DNA of 64,000 nt, from contig CM052832.1 in the NCBI GenBank assembly GCA_028534125.1, forward strand, positions 5,830,001-5,894,000, read 5' to 3'. The DNA is from Lama glama. Its lineage: Eukaryota. The notes under the pieces are model-generated. The model ran no database searches. It saw only the letters and a list, made by a program, of their open reading frames with translations, and was not told the DNA's origin. Of the stretch, positions 13,201 to 27,612 are shown one piece after another. The number at the start of each line of letters is the position of its first letter. Position 1 is the stretch's first letter. Position numbers and translations under genes: made by a program.

Positions 13201-16200
13201 GCCTGAAGTCCACAAACATTTTCATCCCAAGGGCAACAGTTTAAAACTTGCCTTCCTTGGGTGCCAATGGCAGCAACCTCTTCTGGAATGTCCTTCTGGA
13301 AAATCTTAGAGAGTAAATGTGGCTTCCAGGTAAAGGACGTAGCAGATTCTGTGCGAGTCAGTAATTAAGCGTACTTTAGTGTCCCATGTTTGCTAATCTC
13401 AAGGTAAACCAGAGAATACAATGCCTTGAGAATGGAATTTAGATGTTGTCTCCTATGGCTTGGAGAATTCAGTAATTTGCTCATTCTCTTTCTAGGGGGA
13501 TCTCTCTGTTCAGTCTATTTTGTTGGTGTTTGCAAAGGGTATTGATAATCCTTTCCAACCTGTAAAACTGAAAACTGTCATTTGTACCAGAATAGATTTG
13601 GGAGCATTTTCATTCCCTTTAAAAACAAAAGGCAAAACAAAGCAAAAACACTTCTTGCTCTTTCTGTGTTACCCCCCAAAAAAAAAAATGTGACCAATTT
13701 TATGACACTGACTCAAAAACTATCTATAGCTGAATTGGTATGCCCTTGAAATCTCCCCCATCTTGAATCTAAATATAAAACTCAGCGTCATCACTGTGGT
13801 GCAGGCATTTACACCCATCTTTTAAGCAATGACTTGCCAAAACATTGTGGAAGGAGAGAAATGAGCCAGATGTTTTTCTACTGGTTTTTTTTTCAAAATC
13901 ACGATGGCAAATATATTTACCAAATGAAAGCAGCGAAACGTCTTTCCGTCAGGTCCGGCATGGAAGGGACTATCTCTAGGTATGACAGCAGTAAGTTGCT
14001 TTGATTTTTAAACGAAATGGACAAGGTTTGACCCACCATTGTTGGGTGGGCAAGAGATGGTGTTCTGTGTTTGAAGTGTTGTGGGATTGGATCAGGCAAC
14101 ATTTTGGAACAAGATGGAAAGGATATTGAAAAATAAGCTCACGTGCTCAGAAATCAAGATGTCTATAAATAAGTGTGGCAGAACAGGTGGGGAAATGCCA
14201 CATATTTTACAGTTTAGGATACAGCGCAGGGAGTTGCATGGTACCTCAAAATTGTAGATTCTTAACCGCTAGTGAAATTGATCAAATGCAAATTGTCTTC
14301 TCATTTGTCAGATTCATAACCTAATCTTTGCGGGCAAAGTGCTCCTGAATTTCCAAGCATGAATCAGACCATAGATCGTTCTGTGGGTGAAGGTGGGATA
14401 CTGGGGAGTCTCCTTGAACAGAAGCTTCGAGTAAACCCAGCACGAATATAAGCATTATCTGGGATGGCACTGGTCTGATTTTGTGCGTCTTTGAGACATA
14501 ATGAATATATTGTTGATGTTTTCTCTGTACCTAATTAGGACCTCTCTGTTGCTGACAAGGAAGTCACTTGCTTTTCTTATGAAAGGGAAAACAATTCAGA
14601 GAAATATGTAAGGTCAAAAATCATACACTAGATTAGAACAGATGACTAATTTACAGATGACATCGTATTTCCTCTGCACCTCTAAAGATTTGCCAAAATT
14701 AAATGGGTTTATACCTTAAAATGAGAACTTCTATAAAGGAGATATTTTTCATAAAGTATTTATTTAAAAATTACTGCTAATTTTGCACTTTTATAAATTA
14801 TAGAAAGTCAGTCCCGTCTGTTTTTCCCAGCTGAAGTTTTCCCTGAGAAAGTTCTCACAGGTCATGCTGTCTACGAAGTCTTGAAAATCAGGAGGAAACT
14901 TTGCAAACAGGAGTAAGAACACGTACTGGTTATGTGTGATTCCCGCTCCATGTCACGTGTTTGTGCTTATCTGCTCTGGGGTATTTCGAAGTCGTTAGTA
15001 ACTGGTCTGGTTTCCCACGTGGCTAATGGCATGGCCAGATAGAAGAACAGCATGGTTTCCTTTCCCTCCATTTTCATAGTTATTAGAGCAACTGCATTAC
15101 CCACAGGGCTCTGTCAAACCAGTGGAGAAGTAACAACTTCAATAGTTTGAAAGATTTCACTGAAGAATTTCCTAGGAGTAACTAGAGAGACTGCCATGGG
15201 CAAGAAACAAGGGGCGTTTATTATAAATGTGTCACTTTCCAGTCCTGTATGAGTTCATTAACGTGGATTTTGGCAGAGGCAGACTGCAGTATTTTGTGGG
15301 GAACATTTATTTCATGTAAGATCATCAACAGAATCTCCCTCTGGAAGCAGAAATACTTTCCATCATTCTATTTGGTTGATTCCCTGGTTATTGGTAGACA
15401 CAGTAAGAGATCTGGAAAAAGACCAAACCATCATACTCCTGCAGGCCCTGCTGTTGTATGCAGTATTTCTTTTGAAGCAGAATCAGGAAATTCTGGCATC
15501 TTTCTTTTCTCGCCAGAGAAGTGCTGGGTACTGACAAATCAGACTTTAAACCCACCAGTGCAAATACCCCAACATGTTAGCAGAGCTTAAGCAACAACTT
15601 TATTATACTTCCCTGTTAATTATGCATATTTTTTCAGCAATAGATTTTTCTTGCTCTTAAATAGGAAATCTGTCACAGCTTGAAAAGAGCAGAGATCTCT
15701 CCAAGCTACCTCAAAAGGGTATTTAAAGGCAAAGTGGCAGGCAACCTTTGATTAAATGGCAATACGTTAAAGCCACAAAGCAACATTGTTTATCGGCAAT
15801 CCTTGACGCTCTTCGACTTTGTAAATGTCGACCAGGCTAAATGTGACAGGGACCCCTGTGTGCAGTCCTGCTTGTGCATTCCGGTTAATAATACTCGTTG
15901 ATGTGAAATCTCTCAGGGCAGTTGTTCGGAATGTCTCTGCAGACATCCTGAGACTTGGTTCAGAAAGAGCATAACCTGGCATTGGCAGTGAGGCAGCAGC
16001 CCTCTTAGCAGCACAGTCAGATTATCTCTGAACAACCTCAGTAAAGCTTCCAAACGCACTTCTTATCAATGGAGGGAAAATTCAGTTTGTTTGTTTGCCC
16101 TAAGCAAACCAGACGAGACGAGGTTACCAGTATTTGGCATTTTACTTAGGTTTTGCATTTCGCTGGATGTCATGACTATTATTTTTGGCTAAATTGGGGT

Positions 16201-19200
16201 TCTGGAACACAAGCCACTTGGAAACATTAGAACCAGTGAAAAGCAAACTGCTAGAAAGAAACACTCTTCACCTAAGCGTAGACAAATTGTAGGAATGAAA
16301 GTAAAAGTCAGACACTTCTATTTCATTTTTTTTGCCCTAAAGCAAAAAACCCACTTGCTCTTAATCCTGGCTAGGCAAATATTAATTACTATAACAAAAT
16401 AAAGAAGAATGATAAAAAGTATGAAATTATAAGACTCTATTGTCTTCTCAATTCAAACTTCATGGCAAACCACCATTTTCAGATGTCTTTATAAGAACAT
16501 TCTTTTGCTTAATATTCTATGACAAATAGGTTCTTATCGCATCTCGCTCATGAAAACAGCGTCACTTATCTCCTAAAATAGTGCAAATAAATGAATATGC
16601 CATGTAAAGCTCCCTGCTCTGTAATTCTGTATCTTGAGCTCTAAGACTATAGCTTCTTATTGAGGAAAGCTTAAAAAAAAATTTTGATCAAAAATGTCAA
16701 TATCAAAAATGTTATATTTTCACCCCAATATATCTTCAAAATAGGGAACTGCCTGAGTACTGATTTTTTTATCTCACTAAGAAGCAAATATTTCCACGTG
16801 AGTCCTTCAAAAGTCTCCAAATTGCCTGAATTTGGTCCATTATTAGAATGTATCCTCGTTCTCTCTAGGTGGTAAAGAAATAATTTATAAACCAGACTTT
16901 TCTAACTACAGTAAAAATAAAGAAATAACAAATTATTCCCCATAGATTTGCACACGTAAATAATACATTTAATAATTAAATTAACCTCATACCTCAATCA
17001 ATGAAAATTATGTTGCAAATATGTCCCTGTTTATGTCATTATTTCTACACTTTGCACATGCATTTGCGTATAGTAATTTTAGCTAAATTCCTCAGGATTA
17101 TTCTGTTTAAGAAATCTATGATCTAAAGCCTAGAAGTGAAGTATCTTAAGGAAAATATCAAGATCTTAGCCACTTCCAAAAATGTCATCTCGGTTGTATG
17201 TACTATAGTGCCACTAGGCAAAGTTATTTACAGTATTTCTGACTATGTTGACCTTTTATTTTTAAAATAGTAGAAGTCTAGTTCCATTAGTCATAATAAG
17301 GAACAGTTAGCATGTTAAAATATTGAAAGATGATAGAGGTGTTTACTCTTTTGTTACTAGGGTTAGGTGACTTTATCAGTCCGTTCTAGATCACAACCCC
17401 AAATACTGCAAACTAGGTAGCTCGTAGATTCACTGTTCTCTCTTTTATTTCTTATTGTTAATATTAGCACAGAATATAATAATATATGACCTCTTCAGCT
17501 AACCTCAGTGGGATCTTTGGGCTCCACATCCCTTAGGGAAAGATTCTTCTAGGCTGGGAATTCAACTTAAACATAGCATCTCATGATATCATAATGTCAC
17601 ATAGTCTACACTTGTTTAGTCTTTTATTGAATTACAGTTCCTTAAAGTTATAAATTTTGTCCTTTAAAAATACAAGGATACATGCACTAAAAATATTACC
17701 ATGATAATATATATCAATCATTCCTACCTGGTTAAGATAAGGCATTCTGAAGCAAACACAAAATACCTTGGCATTCCTGAGACATATTTTTTATAAATCT
17801 CTAAGTTTGCAAATATCTTTACAAAATACATGTTACTGAAGTGTTACTGAAACAGTTAGATGGCCGTTTAAGATCCCTAATAATTGTATTAACTTCAAAT
17901 CTAAAGCAATTTATAATCCGTTCAAAAAATTCTGCCTGAAATCTCTCACTTCATTACATTGTGGGAACATTAACTTCAAAAGTGCATGAACCAACAATTT
18001 TCTCACTGTGTGAGAGCCACAGAGATGGGGACAATAATAAATAGGCTGGTGGCTCCTGAGTGGTACCCAGGCCTAGTGACAAAGTACGTCCCTTAGGCGC
18101 ACATGGTACAGTTCCTGGTCTGGGTAAAACTATTCATGAGCTGTCAGCACTATTTCCAAGTCATTAAAACCAAAAAATGCTAAATCTTTGTACGCCTAAG
18201 TCCACTGTATTCTGATGAATAACGTGGTGGCATTACAAGCAACACAGAGAACCTACGTTCACCAGGTTTGAGAGCCTCTGATGCCAAAATTATACTGAAC
18301 AATTAATAATCTGTAATTCACTGTAGAAACTTTAGTTATTGCAGGTTTCATTATTGACGTTATTTGCATGAACAACTAGAGAACTCTATCTAATAACGTT
18401 TCATTTTATATAGTTTTTCAGTTTTTTAAAATAAGAATTCCCAGAATTCTGTATGGAAATATTTGATGTACTCAGTAGCCATTTTCCTGTCCAGATTTAA
18501 TATTTTAATCATTAATTTATTTTGCTGTTTTTCCTGTTCAATTTTATTTTTTATTTCTAAAGTAATTTTCCTTAGAGTGATTAAAACATGTTTTTCCTTT
18601 GGTAAGAATGAGCATGTCTAGAAAGGAGTAAAATGAGAACTGAGCAAAATTAAACTGAACAGGTGAACATATTTGCCGGCACTAAAGTTTAGGAAAAATA
18701 TTATTCTTTGTTATTTATATGTGCATTGAGCTGAAACTGCCTACTGCTTTTAATAATGGTAGCTGACTTGGCAAACAGAGGGTACAAATCCTTCTGCTTA
18801 GTAAATGCTCACTAATTCTCTCTTCAATGACACAGTAAGTGAAGGAATTTCCTGCCTCTGACTTGTCTGCCCTTGACCTGGTGAGAAGTGAGTTATTTAA
18901 TAGCCTCAATCTGTGGATGTCTTTGTCGTTGTTTTGTTTTGTTTTCCGGAATTCTCCTTCATTGCCAGTTACACGAGAATAAGGCCCCACCATAAAGGAA
19001 GAATTTTATGTGTGTCAAAACTCACTCTCCTTTCCAATCAGTTGAAAGGCTAAAGCCTAGAGCACATCTTGATAGTGAAGTAAAAGGGAATGTGGTTTGA
19101 CATGAAAAAAAAAAGAAAAAAGGACAGGGATACTAAAAAGGAAAAGTCAGTAAAAAGAGCAAAAAAAAAAAATACAAAACTTCTGAAGAGGGAAAGCACC

Positions 19201-19424
19201 TGCTAAACTAAATTTTTGAGGGTTTTTTTTAAAGTTTTTGTTTATTAACTTATTTTGTTTTTTTATTAATAAACACATTGGAAGGGGTCAGAAAAATATC
19301 GACATATCTAAATCCCCAAAGGAATAACCTTTTAAAAAATAGGACCAGAAATTCAGTTATATTTTAGGATCAAGATTTTTTGTGGGTAGGACGCTGGTGC
19401 ACCCACCCCTAGATTACTGGGGAT

Positions 19425-19545
19425 TATGTTCATTTACTGAGCAAATATTTATGAGCACCTACATTGGTCTCTGTGCTAGGCCCAGAGAAAAATACCAGTA
19501 TGCATAGCCCTTGCCTTTGAGGCATCTATGATCTGATTGGGATGT
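19425..19545 (-). mobile_element. L2 LINE 3' fragment
   Basis: ttcatttactgagcaaatatttatgagcacctac...ctgtgctagg...cccttgcctttgagg resembles a reverse L2 tail. Confidence 0.6.
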
Positions 19546-20239
19546 TCAAGGAAGGCATCATGAAGTGATCTACACTGAAGGTTGGATAAGCTTCTATTAG
19601 ATAGCGCTGGGGGAAGGTACTACAGTCTGGGAGGAAATGAAATACACAAGGACACACAGACTGGAAAGCAGGTTGTCCAGGATGCAGGCTGTGGCAGATG
19701 AGCTCACTGGAACCCAAAGGAGAGTGGTTACAGGTGCAATATTATAAAGTAAGGATCACCAGATTATGGGGCACTGCTTTGAACTGTGAGCAGGATCATA
19801 AGGAGAAATCTTGTCCTAAGATATATTCTTGGACTTGAATGCAGTGAAAAGTTTTCACAATATAAATACCCTTCTCTGTGTTTTAACTCTTAAAAATCAA
19901 GGAACCAAAAAATTCAGCAACAACACACACATATTCTTTATTGCTTAGAATATCATGTTTGCAAGAGCCAGTTTAGGGCATGAGTTAGGGTCTCCTGGTG
20001 GTGGAACACCATCTGTGTTCTGTCATAGATGCCTGTGGCCATCTGGTCACCTTATAGATACCTGGTGTCTCTAATGTGCAGGAGTGAGAGACTGACATGG
20101 ACCAGTTGGAATCCAAATCTCCCAGGAAAACAGCTCAAAACAATACACACAAACTAACCATCTCTGTTCATATTATTAGTTGTAGCAACAATTTAAATAA
20201 TACTTGCCTAGTAGAGTAGGTACTATTATCCCCACTTTA

Positions 20240-20460
20240 TAGATGCAGATTTAGTCTATAACTAATGAAGCTTAAGTTTCAGGGCCCTTTGCTTGTATGA
20301 GTCCCTCCAAGGCCCTGGGACAGTCTTTAGCAGTGTGCCCACATCTTCATGAGTTCATATAAAATTTGCAAAAGGAAGATAATTTGGGGGGTTTTTTCCT
20401 TACAAAAGGACTCCAAAATTTTAGACACTTCAGGCCCCACAAAATATTGATCTGTCTCTG
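20240..20460 (+). mobile_element. Arthur1-like hAT-Tip100 non-autonomous DNA transposon
   Basis: Starts tagatgcagattt...ctaatgaagcttaagtttcagggccc and ends cttcaggccccacaaaatattgatctgtctctg, resembling both Arthur1 termini; adjoins a MIR fragment. Confidence 0.65.
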
Positions 20461-23400
20461 CATGCAGAGCATCGTAAGCACCAAACAAAACACGCAGAAG
20501 GATACTGGTGAACATTAACTCTATGGTGAAAATGTTAAGTGCAATCAAAGCCCAGCATATTTGAAAATCTATTTGTTCCCGTCTCATCAAGAGGAACCCC
20601 TTAAAGTCCAAATGGCTTCAACACTCGCAAAATGAAGTCTACTCTTTGGATTACACTAGATGGGTGCACTGAATTTCTCAGTGGTAGAGAACATCTCATT
20701 TCCCAAGTATATTTGACCATGGGACCCTAGGTTCATGGCGCATCTTAAAAAAAAACTTGTGTTCATGAAGCGGACTTTAAGAAATGTCATATTAGAGATG
20801 CTCACCTTTGTTACCAATGTGCTAATATTTACTCAACTTCCAAAGGAAGCAGTAAGGCCTAAATGGAAACCAGTTTTTATTTCCTAAATAATATTGCTCT
20901 TTTCTAGAGAATCAGGTGATTTATGTCCTCACAGAAGAATAGGATACTTGAGGAAAAACAACTTGTCAACATGGATAACTGTATTAAAAATCTGGATTTT
21001 AGTTAAAATAATACAGAGCTGATTTTGCCCTTTGGCTTCAGTACAAATTCAGGGAAGTAGAAGTAAATAAACAGAAACCAAGTTGAAACGGACCAAAATA
21101 ATATAAAGAAAATATGAAGAAAAATTGCCTAAATAGCCTAAAAGCATTGGTTGATATTTTATTTTATCCTTTTGAAAAATGCTATAGCATTCTAGGGTAA
21201 TTGAGGAAAAAAAAAACACTTGAGGAAGTATTTCTCTGAGAACTTTATAAAGTAAAAAAGGGAAAATCTGTCAACCAAAAATATATATGTTGAAATGTCT
21301 GTAAGCAGATCTTTGGTCTCAATATTGCAGCTATTAGACTGTGATATATGCCAGACTGGGGATGTCATTTTTCTTAAAAAAGCCATAGTTTAGCAAAAAT
21401 AAATGTTGACAAACCCACAATACATTAAGAAAATCCACCACCACCAGACCCCCAGAAGGCCACGTTGGTCATACAAATAGAATAAAGAATTGTTGACACC
21501 TTTATTAGCGTCTAGAGGTAAAAGATCTCTTTCCAAATGTTCCAATAGTTTTGCTTTATGTATTATATCTAAATACTTGGAGCACTCCAGTTTTTTTTCA
21601 ATAATGGGAAGGCACAACTAAAGGTTGACAATGACAGAAAATAATTATTGACTGGAAGAAATTTTTCAACAACTGAAAGTTGAGCAGTTACCCAGGACCT
21701 AGGAAAGTAAGACAGTGCGATGAACCAGCCATATCATTCCACCCCACATTCATTAACCACTTCTACCGTGCCAAGTAATAGGCCACGTTCTGTTCTAGGG
21801 ACAAACAATGTTTCACTTATTCAGAGGAATATCTTAATGTCTTATAAAAAGACGGAAGTAACTATTTGCTCTAAGTAAAACAGTTGTGTGATGAAACATT
21901 GGCCAAGACCAGAGTTATTATTTGCCCGCTATTATCCTAATCTAAAAATTGTTCAAAATGTTTGGTTAATAATTGTTTGCTATAATAAATAGCAGTTATT
22001 CTATTATTATTTTGTTTGTTTACTAGAAATGAGTATCAATGAGTGCTAGATGCGTTTGGGACAAAATGGTATATTAGGAAGGCCAGGGCAGGCTGTCAGT
22101 GGATCTGTGCTATTAACAATACCGAAGATAAAACCTTGAGGGCATAAATTCTTTTGCTCGGTATCAATGCACTAAAATAAGTTAGTAAGTACAAGTATAA
22201 ACAACTTTCAAAACTCATAATTTGACACAAGGGAAAAACATACTGATAGGTAGACCAGTTGAGCCAGAATTGAGACAGAGAAGGGAAGAGAAAAAAGGAA
22301 AAATCCTTTTATGAAAGAGCATTAGCCAAGAATGTTAATGAGGAATCCTTTCCTGCCCTGTTACCACCTCTGCTCACTTTGTTTAGCATGACAGTGACTA
22401 AGACATTCAAAAGGATGGCTTACAGAAAGGGGAAACCATGGCTAATTTGGGAAAGAAGGATGGATGGGGGAAAACAGTCTTGCTCCTTCTTCACGTTAAG
22501 CTCCAAAATGTTTGTCCAGTTGGAGGGATTGCAGGATCCCAAGCTTTGGACTGAGACTGATCTGAGATTGAGATGTTCCATTAAAATAATGATTTGAGAG
22601 GCACCAAGCGGAACCTTCTTTCCTTTGTTCAGCGGTGCCTGGAGCACGTCAGCCTTTATTCCATAAGGTCGAAACTCTCCTGTCTTCGGACTGATGAAAA
22701 ATGTGTATAAAATTATTCTAAGTCTGAGAATCATAAAGACCGTATCACAGGAGAAATGATTTTTATGAAAATGTTTTATCACCACTGTTCATCCATAATC
22801 TAATTACCCTGCTTAACGTAGGGGAATCTTAAACAAATGGTTCAAATAAACTAGTGGTCTCGTGGATTTGTACCCTGATTTATTTGTAAACCTCAGCTTC
22901 ACTCACAGCCCTGACCCTGCTTGGTCTTAGTACCCCCAGGAAATTGGAGATATAATTTCAGAGGGAAAAATCGAAGCTGAAGGTTGACATTAAGGGAAAC
23001 GGGTAGGAGTAATCCTGTTACTAAGTAAGAAAGGATGGGGCCCCCTTTTGCACAGAGCAGGAGGAAAGAGTCCACAGAAAGAGAGAGGAAATCTCTAGAT
23101 GAGGATGGACAATGATGTAAATCATCAGACAAATCAGATGATAATGTGTTTTATCCACTGAGTTCCAACCTGCTATTTTTGTCTTTGTTTTTGTTTCCAT
23201 GGCAACATTCTCCAGATTTCTTAGTTGTGGTGTTTTTTTTTTTTTTGAGTTGTAGATTCCTTTGTTCTCTCTCTCTCTTTCTTTCTTTCGTGTTTTTTTT
23301 TTTTTTTTGCTGGACAAAAATATCTTTAGTTATCTTTTAAAGCATGTATTTCTTCCGTTGAATTACCTTGAGCTCAGTACTATGCACTGTAAGGAAAGGA

Positions 23401-23699
23401 GACAATGTATTACGTGGTTTCCACCCTAAATTGCCCAGGATCTTACTTGAAGATGCTAAGGGAAGAAACAGCCATGAGTGATAAAACACAGAAAAATGGT
23501 TGAGGATGACTTGCGTTGCTCACGTTTTAGAGTTAAGAGAATCTGGGTATGGGGGCCTGTTGGCATTAAAGGAGAATACAGTGGGAAGGAAATGTGTCTT
23601 CACATAGACCTGGACGAATGCAGCAGACCTGCTGAAGCTGCGGGACCAGCTCTCCACCACCATTACGTCTGGTGAAAAGTGCACGGTGGGGGGAAGTGG

Positions 23700-24092
23700 T
23701 ACCCGGTCTGTCCCCTGCCACCTCCTCCCTGGCCTCCTCTCCCGCCGCTCTCCCCTTCATCCTCTCGAGCTTACAGTTCTTACCGCCCTGGATGCTCCTC
23801 TTCCCCACCTCCAGTCATAAGTCTTCTTCACTTTTTTTCATAACCTGTATTTGTAAATACCATGCCTTTAGAAAGGCCTTCATCACTGTCTTATAGCAAT
23901 ATCGTGATCCTCTCCGCCTCCTTCCCTCCTTATCACAGTGCTTGTGTATTATTTATCTGTCTCCAGTAGATGAAAAGGTTTGCGAGGGCAGAGATTGTTT
24001 TCTGTTCTACAAACTGCTATAACCCCAATACCCCAGAATGGTGCCAGACACATTAGGGATTTGAGAAGTATTTGGGGAAGGAAGGATGAAAG
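23700..24092 (+). mobile_element. L2 LINE 3' end
   Basis: ttatctgtctccagtaga...gagggcagagattg...ccccaataccccagaatggtgccagacacat...tatttggggaaggaaggatgaa. Confidence 0.7.
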
Positions 24093-26976
24093 GAGAAAGG
24101 GACAGAGGGAGAGAGGGAGGAAATTGGATCAAAGTGTGGACTAATTTCAGGAGGACCTTGAAAGCTTCCGGTGTTCCCATTGTGAAGTAGCAGTCATGGA
24201 GGGATCTCATTGTTCCAGTAAGTAATTCAGGTAGACTTTCTAGTAAATTACAAAATTCCTGGCCTGTACATTTCTCCCAGGTAATAATAACATCCAGCCT
24301 TTCATTCCCTTAAATATTTATCAGTAGCTTAAATTTTAACAAAAGCCATGGTTTCTTCTGACAGAGCAGGGACCGTGTTCATATCCTTGCTTGTCAATGG
24401 AAAAAAAAAATACAGCTGAAAACGTGAACGGTTACCATGCACCCCCGAAGTTAAGTGGGGGAAATCACTGTGCTACTTCTTCTCGGCTAAGGAACTCAAA
24501 GTTGTGCCCCAAGCCACTTTCAGTAGGATTATGTACACAAGCATCCAAAGCCAGCCTGACATAAGCTTAGGGAAAATCTATCATCTGATGCCCAGAAACA
24601 CTCCCTTCTTCCCTCAAAGTGAATAATTTATTGGTATTCTACCTGCTGTTCCCAAACTCACACTAATGATTCATTTATTAGTCTCAAAAACAGATGCTCA
24701 TAATGAGATCACAGGTTCTGTACCATCATTAGTCCTCTAATGGGCGAAAGAATTAAGAAGAAATTTTGTAGTTTACATTCATCAGTTCAGGAAGGAGGCT
24801 GGGAAGCCTTTCTGTACAGTGGTGATGTTTGCTGTATTGTTGTTTCCTTTTCTCGTAGAAATTTCTCATCTTCTAAATTCTTGTTATTATGGAACTTGTT
24901 TTAGTTTCTTTGACACCAGCAGATTTATTATTCAGTTCCAACCACAGAAATTCTGATTCACATGGCTAGTGTATAGCCTTGTTGCTTGTTCAAATTTTTT
25001 ATTGATTTTTGTTTTATGCCTGCGGTTTTTTTTTATCCTTATTCGAATTTCTCCAAAATAATGTAACTTACGTTGGCAAAGCAGCAGTACATTATTGGTG
25101 GCAGAAAATGCTTTTTTAAGTATACCACATAGGTTTCAGCATATGCAAAGTTTTCTTTAAGTTTTGTACGTTCTTGGGAGATATGATAGCTATTTTATTC
25201 CCATTAATGTTTTTCATCTCTGCCCCGTTCCCAGCTGAAATTGCTGCTTGTGTTTTAATCTACTTGAATCTTGCAGTTGAGGTAAGCTGAATATATACAA
25301 TATTTTTTCCTCATTACTTTGTCCTACGTAAGGAATTAATTTTGGAGCAAGGTGATCGGTATTGTAAACTAAAATCACATTTTTCTCTTATGACAGCCTC
25401 GGAATCCAAACCCGGTGGGGGGGGGGTGCCTGCTGCAAAATCAAGTATGTTTCTATCTAGGAACCTTCCCTCTTCTATAATTGCTGGGGTATTCATTCCA
25501 GCCTCTCAGGTGGTATAGAATTTCTAGCAGAACACTTCCCAGAGAAGGTATGGAAGAGACTGCTAAGAACATTCAAATTTCAATGTCCGTAGACGGTCTG
25601 GTTCTGCCACTCTTTAGCTGACAAGCTAAATCAACTGCAATGTCCCAGAAATGTCTGTGTTTTGAGTTTGCAGTTGAGGTGTGAAACAAAATGGCATCCT
25701 TGGATGTCCTGTCCTCAGTCCTCAAGGTACCGATACCTAATTACTTCTAGTTACAGTTCGCTCAAAAAACTATTATAATAAAAATTCACCATGGGATGTA
25801 AGTGTTAAAGTACCAGCTAGTAAAAGACTATTTAATGACAGCCATTAGTGTGTTTAATATCTGTGTGCTCCACGTGGTGCTGTCTTTATGAGACAGTTCA
25901 CTTCACGATTTTTACTTTGTCGTTCTCCAAAAGGAAACAAGCGATTCGTTAACAGCTCACACTGTGCGGATACCATCGAAGAGACCTAGCAGCACTTTTA
26001 ACTGAAACACTGTAGGTTCAAACGGTTCGGTGATGGTAGAAGATTGGGTCAGCGTTGCGATGCAATATTGAAAAAAATCAGAATGCAATAAAGAAATGTA
26101 GATGTTATGGGTGGCTACTTCATGCTACCCAGACTCCTCATTTATTGTTTGGACACAGAGCTGTCCTTTTATCTTGCTGAAAGATGATTATCAGGGTGCC
26201 AATGTGATGCCGTCTTGCTCCGGACGGGAGTTTTAAGGAGCAAGGTATTTTGAAATGATGCAGTGTTGCAGGACAGAGTTTAACCCCCCTCCCCCGCCCC
26301 TCACCCACCAGGAAATTACAGATTTCAGATGAAACTTGGTATTGTCCATATGCATTTGTTATTACTAGTCTGAGTAGAAAAAAGAAGATTTCTGGTTTAC
26401 TGTAGATTAAACCCCATTTCCTGCAAGCAGCACAATACACCAGCACCCAGTCCGCACCACTCTGGTACCAAACTGTTGAAAGAGAAGAAAAAGTCACTGT
26501 TCTGAAAACACGTCAAGCAACAATGATCATATGTATTTCTTTTTTCAAGTGAGGCAATACAACATTAATACGAATTCTTGTGTCGAGGTTTTTTCCAAAA
26601 GATCATTTCTGCTGGATTCGGAAGACTCAAAAGTTCCCTCAGTATCTTTGATCATAAATTTTTGTCACGATGCTTCAGCTTTCGGCAGTTTTGATAATTC
26701 ACTACTGATTATTAATATCAACATTTAAATACGAATATTGTCCCCTTCCCATTATGAAAAGCTATTACGAACATATATGGATTTCTATAAAGGTTGATGA
26801 CTATATGCTTTTTTTATATTAGAAAATCATGTGAAAACAAAATTAATCTGATGAATGCTGTTACTTATTTTAACTTTTTTATTAGGTCTAAAATGTTCAT
26901 AAAATTATTCTCTCTATAACTTACCAAGATTTATCAGCTTGTGTAATTTTTATAATCAGAGGAGTCTGGTTTTCTA

Positions 26977-26982
26977 ATTAAA
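26977..26982 (+). promoter_or_regulatory. Candidate distal polyadenylation signal (ATTAAA) for PTCHD4
   Basis: ATTAAA with T-rich sequence and a TGTA upstream and a GT/T-rich tract downstream (ttgcgtggctttttcctt). An alternative AATAAA lies at 26087-26092. Confidence 0.3.
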
Positions 26983-27612
26983 GTTTTGTCAAAGAAAATG
27001 AATTGCGTGGCTTTTTCCTTCCTCGGAGGTATATTATTAAAATGCCAAAAATACTGCCCAGATTTTTCTCTCCTCCTCTATGTGGTATGCAAATGAAACT
27101 GTATGCGGCCAACACACCTGGGTTTGGGGCTATTTTAAATTCCCATTACAGGGGAAAACAAACCAAACAACTCGTAGGCATCTCTGAATACCATTAGAAC
27201 AAGGTAAAGCCAGGAAGCTCATGCAGTTCCTGGAGGCCTAATTGTACCTACTTAGAAATCACTTTTTCCTTCTACTCCCACTTTGGGGAGAAAGTCAGCA
27301 TGTCAGAAACACTATTAGCCTCCCTTCTAACCAAGTGGTCAGGTCTCTACATCTCATAAGCCTTAATTGTTCTGTTCCAAACTCCAAATGAAACACTTTA
27401 TTATGACCCACCCCCAACCAATGCATAGTCACCTTTTAGAGCATGTTGCATTTGTGTGCTTTTATTTAGGTATTGTAGTTTACCCCGTTATAGGCTGGAA
27501 CAAGAAGTTTCAGGTATAGTTTTTCAATCATTGAAATTAATTTTATTATTATTATTAATAATATTTTTTAACTATTTCCTAAACTCCAGGGGAATCAGAT
27601 TTTTAACCTTTT

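Larger units (their letters stand above)
9187..27000 (+). other. PTCHD4: Probable long 3'UTR of PTCHD4 (3' end uncertain)
   Basis: Follows the stop codon directly. AT-rich, with no interspersed repeats I can recognise from 9.2 to about 19.4 kb and several AATAAA/ATTAAA candidates. Confidence 0.45.

Noticed and set aside
18584..18619. Two p53 half-sites (AAACATGTTT, GAGCATGTCT), noted because PTCHD4 is a reported p53 target
   Set aside because: The 16-bp spacer exceeds the canonical 0-13 bp, the site is far from the promoter, and half-sites are common by chance.
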